Assembly (NCBI RefSeq): GCF_006345805.1
Contig: NC_043004.1
Location: 28,148,001-28,212,000 of the forward strand
DNA from: Octopus sinensis
Lineage: Eukaryota
DNA: 64,000 nt
Direction of reading: 5' to 3'
The notes beneath the pieces were generated by a model that ran no database searches, was not told where the DNA came from, and saw nothing but the letters and a program-made list of their open reading frames with translations. Made by a program: the position numbers and the translations under genes. This document shows positions 27,244 through 39,069 of this stretch, piece by piece. Numbering within the stretch: position 1 is the first letter of the stretch; every line of letters starts with the position of its first letter.

Positions 27244-28006
27244 CTCTAACTTTTTCAGTTCATTGATATCTTGGAATTTTTTATGAGATCATATTTGTAG
27301 TTAGTGACAGATTCTACGGCCAGATAAAGTGGAATTATGAAAATAAAACAAATCATAATCACGAGTAAGTCCGCAGAAGATTTGTCTCTCTCTATTTCAC
27401 GAAAGTTCCAAAACTGTATTCCAATGTAGGTTCCACCGAACACCCATTAGTAATCAAACTACAAAACCTCTTCCTTTCAATCAGTAAAATTCCCGACTCT
27501 TTGTCTGTGTCCGATTTCATTGCTTTGAAGAGAAACAGATATGGGTGTACATAGTCCGCACTTTTCCAGTCACTCTCGTGGATACTGACAACAAAAACTT
27601 CTAGTTATTGTGGCTCAAAATATGCTATTTTCATTCCTCTACACTCTTCGGTTGCCTGTTCTTTACCACCAAGGATACCTATTCGTGTTCTCTGTGATTT
27701 CATTTCTCACAATTCTTCTCACTCCGCTTATACCATCGTTATCTCATGATCCCTCAACAACAGTTAGTCTCACCGCCGTTGTATATACCTGATCAATATA
27801 CAAACACTCCAAAGTCACTCTAAATTTCAAACCTAGCTTTTATTAAACTACCACCGTCTCTGCCTCTGCTGTCCAACCACTGCTTCACTATGGTCGCATA
27901 CTACTGAATATACCCATCTCATTTAACCCTTCTAATCATTTAATTAGTCAGAGTCTTCTCGTCTAGGACAACATGGAATTAAAATTCACCAACACAATCA
28001 CACACG

Positions 28007-28048
<42 letters not shown>

Positions 28049-28454
28049 CACACACACACACACACTCACACACACACACACACATTTACAATCTCAAAAA
28101 ATACGACTTGAAATAGATGCTATACTTTAGCTAAGGTAAGGAGTTCATTTGGTATATTTATATTGCAAGTTGAAACATTTAGTAAATATTTGCGCAGAGA
28201 AAGACTCTAACATACAAGTCAATACATGATTAAATAACTAATCAACAACAAATTATTTATTTTGAAAAAATGGGTGTGGTTTACTGACAAGCTGACCTCT
28301 TTAAATACGTTAATTCACACAATCTCACTTTGATTCTTGTTAAAATATATATAATGGATGTGTGCGCGCGCGTGTGTACATATATATACAGTAAATTCAA
28401 ATAAATGAACAATAAGGTTAATAGACAAAAGGACATGCACAAATATGAATTAGC

Positions 28455-28489
<35 letters not shown>

Positions 28490-28519
28490 TATATGTAAAT
28501 ATATTATGTTTAATGTTTG

Positions 28520-29275
28520 ATGTGTTTATCATTTCAGGTATAGAAATTACATTTCCTAGAAGAGAAAAGGCGTTTTTGTGTGTCAGACACAGTCGCACAA
28601 GACTGTGCAGCGTGAATTTGTGAGAGAGTTCTCTAAAAAGTCACCAATGGCAATGCAGATTTGGACATGGCTGAACACATTTAAAGAGGAAGGCTGTCTG
28701 TACAGGGCAAAAGAATCTGGACAACCACTAGCATCAGAAGAGACGGTCGAGTGCGTTCGCCAAAAACTCTTGCGAAGCTCCAAGAAGTCCATAAGAAGAA
28801 CAAATCTGGAAACTCAGATTCTTCCAACGAGAGTTTGGCGCGTCATGAGGAAACGCTTTCTAACGAAACCCTACAAGCTGCAGATCGTTCAGGCCATTAC
28901 AGCAGATGACAAGCGAAAGCGCAAACATGGGGCTATGTGAAGGGCCTGGTCTATGTCCGGCCTCTTCCTGCAAACCTAAAGGAATTCGAGCAGAGAATCA
29001 CTACCACACTGGTGAGTGTTACCCAAGACATGCTGCAGCGTGTTTAGGAGGAGCTGGACTACCGACTTGCCGTGTGCTGTATCTCAGGCGGTGCGCATAT
29101 TGAATATTTGTGAAATCGTTTTTGGAATCCACAAACTTTTGAATTTCTCATTCAAATTTGGAGGCATAAATCTTATGTTGCTCAACATTAAACCTGTTTA
29201 GTTTCATTTGCTTTGACTATGTAGTTTCTGTGATATTTACATCTCAAATAATATCAAACATTTTGAAACACTCTG
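28520..29275 (+). mobile_element. rosa-type Tc1/mariner internal-deletion derivative
   Basis: N-terminus KTVQREFVR..KPYKLQIVQAIT is fused to the C-terminus WGYVKGLVYVRPLP..GGAHIEYL*; right end TTTTGAAACACTCTG|TA; left TIR not found. Confidence 0.8.
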
Positions 29276-29610
29276 TATATATATATATATTTTCCGGATG
29301 AAAATACTTCTTCCGTTTAGGGCATTATTTCCTAGGTTTCCAAGGTTTTTTAATTATGCTGTATTTAAGGGATTCTTTTCATATTTCGTATATATAAATA
29401 AAAATTATTGCAAGAATCATTTTATTAGATGGAATCCAATAAATATCATCAAATAAATGGAAACCGGTTTGGATTGTAACATGGATTATTTATTTAATTA
29501 TGTATGTATGTATGTATGTATTTATGTATGTATGTATGTATGTATGTGTGTGTATGTATGTATGCATGCATGCAGGTATGCATGTATGCCTGTATGTATG
29601 TACGTATAAG

Positions 29611-29872
29611 AAAATGAGATGTCAAAGGAATAAATGATTATCTTATGAACTTCACTAGTTTACAACTGTTTCGTGCTATTAGACGCAATGGACTTATAGC
29701 TGAGTGTCTCACAGCTTCATCGTGCAAATAAATTGCACTTCATATTCGACGCTCCGATGAAGCTATAAGGCGTTACTCAGGCCCTCAACCATGAGTCCAC
29801 TGCATCTCATTGCAGAAACAGCAGTAAGCTAAGGAAGTTCATAAGATAATCATTTTATTCCTTTGTCATTTT
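29611..29872. mobile_element. Penelope-like fold-back element with degenerate hammerhead motifs in both arms
   Basis: Inverted arms such as GATTATCTTATGAACTTC / GAAGTTCATAAGATAATC; CCGATGA..GAAACAGCAGTA (plus) and ACGATGA..GAAACAGTTGTA (minus). Confidence 0.65.
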
Positions 29873-29893
29873 ATTGTCTTATACATTCATACA

Positions 29894-29927
<34 letters not shown>

Positions 29928-30229
29928 CATACATACACACATACATACATACATACATACATACATACATACATACATACATACATACATACATACATAC
30001 ATACATACATACAAGCAAGCAATGGACTAAACAGAGAATGGGCTAAATACAACAGGTGACACGTGGGACGGAGATTGGTTGGAAAGGTCACGAGATCTGT
30101 GAAGAATGATTTGGGGCAAAGGACACTAAAATAAGAATAATAACGAAGCTGAAAAGTGAGGTGAAGACCTAGTGTATACTGTATGTGGTTAATTGATAAA
30201 AAATGTGATCATCCCCAAATATATCAATA

Positions 30230-30276
<47 letters not shown>

Positions 30277-31829
30277 CTTATCTTATCTATATCCTTATAA
30301 AAAGCAAAGTTTGTTTGTACGTTGACCGCTGAAAACACTAAATAAAATTGATAATATTTAAGGTTTTTCGTGTCATCTAAATTAATTTGAACATTCTGCA
30401 GATAAATAAGCACTTATTTTCCTAAAACGGAATGAGGATAGGGCAAGTTGGTGGTGTATTGGCTCCTATTTCTAGCGATCCACGTACTGTCTATTTCACC
30501 TTAATACTTTTTACATAGTGAAAAAATACACCACCTATCACTCCACCTCCAAATTTATGTTAGTTTATACATTACATCTATTCCTTTGAAGTCGCCGCCG
30601 CCCCTCTCTACATCTCCATCTCTCTTATTATCTCCCTCCACTTTCTCTCTCGCTCTCACTAGTTGTATATGTGTCTTTCCCTCACTACCTCGACCTCTTT
30701 CTCTCTAGTGAAAAAATACGTAAGACAGATAGAAAGGGGGTTTGGGAGAAGAAAAAGTCACACAGAAGGGTGAGGAGACAGAAGACATATATATATATAT
30801 ATATATTATGGAGATGTACTTGCATAGCAAGTCACCAGATCTGAGCGTGGAAGGAGTTTATAAGCTCTTTAAGAAACACACAAAATCCATTAGATTCCCT
30901 TCAACATTTAAATTTAATTTGTCAAAATAATTTCGTCGCTTTGAGATCGCGAACTGTTCACTGACAAAGTTCCGTGCCTCAGCACGGAATTTTGTTAGTG
31001 TACAGGTCGCGGTCTTTTCACTATTGACAGTGATATATAATATGGCCACCAGTTTAATTTTCTATTAAAAATAAATAACATTGCTTTATATATATGATTC
31101 ACTTCTTTAAAGAGGTTTCTCAATGTCAACGTCCGGTATTGCCGCAGCAACGGCGAAATTTTCCGTTTTCATTTGCGAAACCTCTCACTCTCTATTTTGA
31201 TATTTTCACTTCATGTTTTAATTCGCTATTTGCAAACAACTACGATGTTCAATTTAAATATTCGAATGCAAGAGCTTTTATTTCATGTTTGATTTCGTTA
31301 TTACACAAAGATCACATTAGAATTTTGCAATTCAACAAGGGGTGGGGTCTAAAAAATATATGAGCATTCTTTCGCTTGAACCTGCAGGCTTCTTTAATTT
31401 CCGTAAAAAATCTAAAGTTATTTACTTTTTGCGCGCCGTGCTCAGCTATATGTATTTGTAGTCAGTCACACACGCACATGTGTGTTTTTGTATGTACGTT
31501 GGTATACATTTATGCATGTGTGTGTGTTATGTGTGTGTGTGCGAGAGAGAGAGAGAGAGAGAGAGTTAGTAAAGGGGTGTGTTGTCATGCATAAATACAT
31601 ATGCATACATCTTTTTAGTATGTATGCGTCCGTGTGTATGTGTGTGTGAGAGAGGGAGAGAGAGAGAGAGTGATGTCTAAGTGGAACTCACTCTTTCTCT
31701 TACACACACGCATGCATACATACGAAAAGATGTATGCTTACCTATTTATGTATGTACGTATACATGACAACACACCCCTTAGTTCACTCTCTCTCACACA
31801 CATACGTCTATTTCATCCGATACTGTACT

Positions 31830-31898
<69 letters not shown>

Positions 31899-32086
31899 GT
31901 GTGTGTGTGTGTGCGTGCGTGCACAATCGTGATTTATTTCAATCACTCTTGTGAAGATATCCACGTAACTCATTTTTTTCATTTAATCCTCATTTTAATT
32001 TTCAAAAATGTGTCCGAGGACAATGTTTTCACTCCCTACAAGAGGAGACGAGGTAGATGATCAGTATTCTACAGTGAAGCGACGCC

Positions 32087-32335
32087 AGTGTCAATGCTGA
32101 ATTCTGCAACTCTGTTAACTCTATTAAGTATGTTTGAAAATATATAAACAAAGATTTAGATGTAGCAACATACAAACTTATGCAGAATGGCAGCCAGGAG
32201 ATAAATAAAAATGATGAAGTTGCACAAGTATGACAGAGGAAGATACATCAGTACCAATAAGGCTTTTTGGCGCATCTTCAATTTTCCCATTCATGAGAGG
32301 CACCCAGCCTTAATTTATCTGAGTGTCCGTCTAAC
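32087..32335 (+). pseudogene. Helitron Rep-helicase fragment
   Basis: VNAEFCNSVNSIKYV*KYINK..NDEVAQ/..GRYISTNKAFWRIFNFPIHERHPALIYL matches the conserved RepHel motifs; one stop and one frameshift. Confidence 0.85.
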
Positions 32336-33193
32336 GAATGACGATAACATAACAAACGGGACACTGGACAAAAGCACGGGCCATTCGCAACTTATTTCCT
32401 CTTCATCCAATGTCCTCAATGCCCTAGCAGTTTCACACTTCACCTCCCCCACCACCACCACCTTCGAGACCGCTCTATTCCGGCAAGCGCCAGGGCATTA
32501 CACCTCTGGGAAAAGTAAACGAATATATGCAAGAACAAAAACCATAACGTATGCAACACAGAGTGATGAAATAATACAAGTGCCACAAAAAAAGAACTAT
32601 AATTATACAACAGAAAATTTGCCTTTCGGGTATACTACAAAAGGAAAATAATTATACAATCTCCAGCATAAATAAATAACATAAAGGGTCTTTCCACTGT
32701 CAGACGAACGAGGTAGGCAGGCGCAGAGGAGAAAAGGAACGTCTTAACAGATCGAGCAGGAGAACAGGCATACGTGGCTGGCATGGATGGCAGCTGATCG
32801 AAAAAAACTAGCAATGCACTGGCCAGACACTGATCACGTGGTAGGTGAAAGGAAGAACTGTAGAGAGCAGAGGGATTAAATAATATGAGAGAGGGGAGGA
32901 AAGAGGGACTAAGGAATAAGCAATAGGGAAAGGAAATCAGAGGTACTAAAGAATGCGAGGAAGAGAAAGAAAGAGAGAAAAAGAGAGAGAAAAAAAGAGA
33001 GAGAGACAGTGTGAAGTGAAAACGTATAAGGCAGACGGAATAGGAAATCGGCTGCGAATGGTCCGCGTAGTGTGTTTTTGTCCAGTTTCGTCTAGTTTTC
33101 CGTATGCTTTTGTTGGATATCCACTTGCTGTGTTCTACCGTACAATCTGTTGTTTACTATACACAAAGACACACCCATACGCCCCCCCCCATA

Positions 33194-33265
<72 letters not shown>

Positions 33266-33435
33266 ATATAATATTTAATATATATATATATCCGCCCTTA
33301 CACACTTCGTTCTTTCGTTCCCCCTCTCTCACATTTCCTGGCCTTCTCTTCATGCTCACTTTCCTTCCACTTTTACTTCACTGTGTCTCTTTCATTTTTT
33401 CTCGCCCCTCCTTAATTCATCTATTCCTCTGCCTC

Positions 33436-33467
<32 letters not shown>

Positions 33468-33923
33468 CTTCTCTCCTCACGTGACCATTGTAAGCCCAGG
33501 CCTGACCTTTCTTTCTTAGTTCGACAACCATCCGTGCAACATCTATATTCCTCCCTGTGCCTGTTAAAACTTATGTCCCTGCCGCAAGGCTTTCCTTCCA
33601 CACACACCAGCTTAATTTAATTCGTCCTTAGTCGAAAGACACCTGTTGTCATGTCCTGTTAATTGCATTTGTATTTGTGTAATATTTCTCAGCTTTATTC
33701 CGTTCTTGTTTTCGTATACATTCGCTGCTTTCTTCCAAGGAATCTAAGGCTCTTAGTTTAGTTTTTCCTTGGGACTGGCTAGAGTGGAGCAATCTCGAGT
33801 ATAAGCAGCCGACATTACTAAGATAATCTGGAACTCGACTGAGGATAGAAAACTCCGAATGACCCGTCCTTGTTTTTTTTTGTATCGTCTATCTGGATAT
33901 TTTGTTGTCTCTTTTTTGTATTT

Positions 33924-33997
<74 letters not shown>

Positions 33998-34038
33998 AAT
34001 CTATCTATCTGTCTGTCTTCTGTCTGTCTCTCTGTCTG

Positions 34039-34105
<67 letters not shown>

Positions 34106-34612
34106 AAGAGAGAGAGAGAGAGAGAGAGAGAAAGAAAGAGGAATAAATAGATGGATAGATACATTTGTGTGTGTATATGTGTACGTGTGGTTGTGTGTGT
34201 GTGAGTGTGTGTACTCATGCATATACACAGACTTAAATGTATGGAGAAATAAAATATTTGTGAAATCCGAGGTCATCTTAGCATTTATGCAAACAGGATG
34301 TACGGAAGGAAACAACGCCTCATTAAGAGAAACTGATTCATACAAATAAGGAAAAGTCGGAAGGCCGAAGTCAGACACAGTGTTATATATAAAGTAAGAG
34401 AATGGAGGTTTTGGTATTGCATTTATTCTTAACTTATGGCCGTTTTATCAACAAATGTGTCAGGTGAATCGTTTAATTTGTTCGAAAACGTAAAACCATG
34501 AATATAAACAAGGCTTATATACTTTTAAAGCAATATTGCATGCAACAAACACTGTCAACTCATTCGAACTGACGATGAACAAATGGATAGGTCTGCATTT
34601 GCGTGAATACTA

Positions 34613-34681
<69 letters not shown>

Positions 34682-34740
34682 ACAAGATAAGAAATGGAGA
34701 AATACATCTAAATCAAATATCAATATCAGATAATACTCAA

Positions 34741-35074
34741 TCACATACTTATATTAAACCACCACATAAGAGACTGTAGGGTTAAACATCTATAAATTAG
34801 CTCTTTGGTGTAGTGTTCTTTAGTAGGGATGGGTACATCCTTCATTGATGAATTGATTAGTATCTTCTCCATTTTACCAGCAGTAATGATCTTGCAGGAA
34901 TAATTGTACTATACTTGGGTGTGTTCACATACACTGTCAGTACTTAGAGTAATGAGTGGATGTTTCAAGTATACAAGCATTAGCAATTCATATTCCTCAG
35001 AAGTTAACTGTAGTTACAAATTGAGATAGGGGTTGTATCCCATGGAGGGTGCATTTACAACCCCTATCTCAATT

Positions 35075-35078
<4 letters not shown>
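34741..35078 (-). mobile_element. Penelope-like element 5' fragment with a terminal 23-bp perfect hairpin
   Basis: ATG at 34872 gives MEKILINSSMKDVPIPTKEHYTKELIYR, resembling the PLE N-terminal YSxKNIPIPS motif; inverted repeat at 35015-35037 / 35056-35078. Confidence 0.65.
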
Positions 35079-35119
<41 letters not shown>

Positions 35120-35329
35120 TATATATATACAACCAGTGGGGAAACTTATATTGTTGTAGGGAAGAAACACCCACGTGGATATAAAAATGAAAGCAAAAGG
35201 CATCGGAGAGACGAGCATATTCTGCAGGCACACAAGGATGAAATAAAATTTATTTTAATAATAAATATATTCTCAGACAAATTCATATTTCAGTAAAATG
35301 ACATAATCAAAGCAAAATAATGAGTTCGA

Positions 35330-35465
35330 GCCACTCACCCAATTAGTATTTCTACCAAATTTGGTGAAAATCCGTCAGCCGTTTTCCAGTAATTTTGCAA
35401 ACACACAAACAGACAAAGACAAGCGACTACAATATCTTCTTTTTGCTTACACGGACAGGGTAATA
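35330..35465 (+). mobile_element. Possible Helentron/DINE-like non-autonomous remnant
   Basis: ACCAAATTTGGTGAAAATCCGTCAGCCGTT..ACAAACAGACA is a motif I associate with such elements; ends not resolved. Confidence 0.4.
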
Positions 35466-36314
35466 AAAGACTGATAAAAAAATTGTAAGTGCATTATTGT
35501 TTTAGTTTCCCGAGAAGATAAAGCAGTTTTTAGATATGGGCATATACTATCTAGGATGAGTATATCTAGAATATTTTAATGTAATAGCAATGATTAAGGA
35601 GAGATAAAGAAAAAGAAAAAAAAACGAAGAGTGTCTGAGATAGAAAAAGAAGTGTTTAAATCAATGAAAGAGGGTTCAAATGGAAGTTATTTTGGAGGGA
35701 TATATAATTAAGGGACTCAGCAATTTGATATAAAATTTAGTATAAAATTTATTAGAACAGGAGGTCGAAACATGGTTAAATCATAATAGCATACAATATA
35801 ATATAGAAATATAGAAATTAAAGATCAAAAATAAAAAATTAACAGGTATTCAGAGATATGAAATAGGCAATAAAAGATGTATAATTATTGAAGCAGAAAC
35901 TTCCATTACCACGCTGGAAAGAGAAGACGAAAAAAATGTTATATGAAAGAAAAGATATTTTGCAGTTAATGACATGGTAGTTGAAATTCCTAAAAAGAAA
36001 AAGGATGAAAGTTGCGGTACTATAATTATAGATACACCAAAGCTGAAAGGTAATAACAGTGAGAAATGAAATGCAATCTGTATAATTGTACATACATTTA
36101 TTTACTCCTGTAATATTCCTACACTAAGTGAATGGAATTTTGAAAAAGTTTAATTAATGTGATGAGCGCATCGGATTAACAAGAAAGTGATCGTAAATTA
36201 CATCCCGAAACTTCAGGTACCTCCGTGCAACATGAATGACAATCATCGCCACCCTTTTGTACATTAGTACAAAGTCCGAGATTAATTTTGCCAAAGATGT
36301 ATAATGTATCTTCC

Positions 36315-36600
36315 TTCCATTATTAGAAGAATTTAAGCTGTTATTCAACCTTTCGGCGCTGTGGTACTGGTATACCAATGACCTTTCCAAATGTATGGAG
36401 TGAATATTTATATACTATATATTTTCGGAGGCACTGGTTATCCAAAGCACAATTAAATCTGTCCCTGAAGTTACACAAACGAACAGGGTTTCTAGATAGT
36501 GAGGAAACATTACGGTAAGTTACTAAATTATTACGAAAAAATTCCGTTAGATTGAAAAGTATCGTTAAGAGGGACACAAGATCTGCACAAACTGGCAAAA
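36315..36600 (+). pseudogene. Possible decayed Kelch-repeat (KLHDC10/slim-like) retrocopy fragment
   Basis: Collinear motifs PLLEEF..FNLS..W, LYIFGGTGYP, HYG and TQDLHKL across frameshifts and stops. Confidence 0.4.
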
Positions 36601-37059
36601 TCATTATTACTGATTACGTATTTACTAATATTGACTAATTTCCTGCTGTTCTAAGCGGCTTTATTTTCTACTATATAAGGAATAGTAGAATAACATAATT
36701 TGATTGTGTGCCTATTAAACAGATTAAGCGATTTACTAGGATGGTAAAGCTTATCAAATTCTCTGAAAAATATATTAGGTTGGTTCGTGGTCATCTGTTT
36801 TCCAAAGAGGGCCTAAAACCACAGAAAAGTTCGCTTATATAATCTATTCGTTTCTTATTTATATTGCGGTGTGTTATGTAATCCAATTTTGAATCAGGGT
36901 TTTCTTCATTATTAAGTGAGTTAAGGTGACTCCACTTGTTGCTGAATGTCACGTTTCTATGCGTACGTACACGTACGCATAGCTCCACGAGATTCCGGCA
37001 GAGGGTTGTGGTGAACCCTGCTGTAATTTTTCACCACAACTTTCTCTCACCCTTTCTTC

Positions 37060-37254
37060 CTGTTTCTGTTGTACCTGTATTTTAAAGGGCCAGCCTTGCC
37101 ATACACTGTGTCATGCTGAATCTGCCCGAGAACTACTCTAAGAGTACACGTGTCTGTGGAGTGGTGCTCAGCCACTTACACATTAATTTCACGAGCAGGC
37201 TGTTCCATTGATCGGATCAACCGGAACCCTTGTCGTCGTAACAGACGGAGTGCC

Positions 37255-37256
<2 letters not shown>
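37060..37256 (+). mobile_element. SINE family C-related fragment
   Basis: Shares GTACCTGTATTTTAAAGGGCCAG..CACATTAATTTCACGAGC..GTCGTAAC.GACGGAGT with 53723-54030. Confidence 0.75.
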
Positions 37257-37290
<34 letters not shown>

Positions 37291-38740
37291 AGTATCATAA
37301 TAGGCAAAGAAGCGAAAGAATTGCGTGAAACAACAAGTAGCTAATTCTATTTTTGAAGTATTGATTTTTATATAAACACATTAAACACTAATATGTGCAT
37401 TGGTTACCGCATTTTTTTTGTTTGCTGTACATAGAGAGATATGTAAAAATGTGTGTCTGTGCTTATTAACACGAGGAAGTAAATGTGTGCGCATGTATCC
37501 GTGTAAAATTTGTATTCGTGTATCGGCATACTCGTAACAATGCAATCCAAGTCTGTTTTAGTTGATGTTGCCTCGCATTTGATCACACCGTGCGGTTTCT
37601 TAAAGAGGTGTAATAGCTTCAGAAATCATGTACTAGAAACTGTGTGGATGCCTAGCCGATAGTCGGTTGTTGTCAGATGGGTGACACCATTGTCACACAT
37701 CATATGATATCAAAATGATTCTGTCTATGAAGTACGTGAAAAGTGTCTGTGGAATACTCAAGCATTTGTAATAGGTAGCCCATTTGATCGAATTACTGGA
37801 AATACACATACATTATATATATGTGCTTTTACGCATTTGTACACATATATGCACATGTATGTCTGTATGTATCTGCATATGTACCTATTTATCTTTCTTT
37901 CTCCCACTCCCCCCTCTCTCCATACATACACATACACACATATAGATAGTGAGAGGAAAAGACAGAATAGAACATTATTCAAACTAAGAAGTTATTGAAA
38001 GCAAAAAACGTGTGGAACAGAATCAATAAATAACATACTATTAAACTATGTTATGATTACAAGCTGTATACAATTAATTTTTGAGTTGTAAAATTGTACA
38101 GGTGCAGAAACCTACTTTTTCTTCCGGGAAGATACAAAAGAATTACGTAGTGTAGAAATGATGAACTCTATAAGACAGTGTAGATCGAGGAATTAATAAT
38201 AACATAGCTGGCAGGTGCAAATTACTGAGTTAGAACGGCAAACTGCAGAACACTTCTTCAATTCAATACCGTCAGTCATGTAGTTCGGAAGATACAATGT
38301 AAAACATGCATGTGATGGTGTGTGCGTATGTAAGAGTGTGACTGACAGCGTGCGTGAATGTATATGTTTATGTGTATATAGACATGTAGGCATATATGTA
38401 TAAATGGGGATGTGTTTAAATCCTTCAAATATTTTTACGTAAACAAATAAAACATTTCTAAGCATGTCCTATTATAGTTTACAAGTTCTTTTGTCAGAAA
38501 TATTGTCTTCGGAAGCCGGCCAATGTAAACTAATTCACTCCGATGCTATATGATCCAAATACCACATGTTTAGTACTGTTTTGCAATAAAAATTAATGTG
38601 TCTTTTTTATTCTTATCCAAAACATAGAGTACTTCTAAAATGCTCATTTTCCACTTTAGGTTGCTTATTTAAAAATAAGTAGTTGCATGCACATTCTGTG
38701 TCCTGACAGTTTGTTACAGGTCTTCTGTCTCTTTTGCAAT

Positions 38741-38890
38741 ATCCTTTTCTACTCTAGGCACTAGGCCAGAAATTTTGGGAGGGGGGCCAGTCGATTAGAT
38801 CGACCCCAGAATGCAACTGGTACTTAATTTATCGACCCCGAAAGGTAGAAAAGGCAAAGTCGACCACGGCGGAATTTGAACTCAGAACAC
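38741..38890 (-). mobile_element. SINE family A fragment
   Basis: Core GGTACTTAATTTATCGACCCCGAAAGG..AAGGCAAAGTCGACC. Confidence 0.85.
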
Positions 38891-39069
38891 AAAGACAGAC
38901 GAAATACATAATTTCTTTATTGCCCCCGGGGGCCAAACATAGAACTGGACAGAAAAACTGATGGGATCAGTAAAGCGATATGATTTTACATATAATGTGA
39001 CTTTAAAAATTTTAATACAATATATATTAAAAAATCGAATGGAACTAACAATACAAAAACAATACAAAT

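Noticed and set aside
33835-33870. CTGAGGA..GAAT..GTC hammerhead-like motif
   Set aside because: It lacks GAAA and convincing stems I and II; probably part of a repeat.
35580-36100. Purine-rich coding-like stretch (LTGIQRYEIG..)
   Set aside because: Many stops; possibly a LINE ORF1 relic but not identifiable.
36327-36514. Open 188-nt segment with AG and GTAAGT as an extra exon of the receptor model
   Set aside because: Its phase (0 to 2) is incompatible with the phase-1 intron, and the region is better explained as a decayed Kelch-like fragment.
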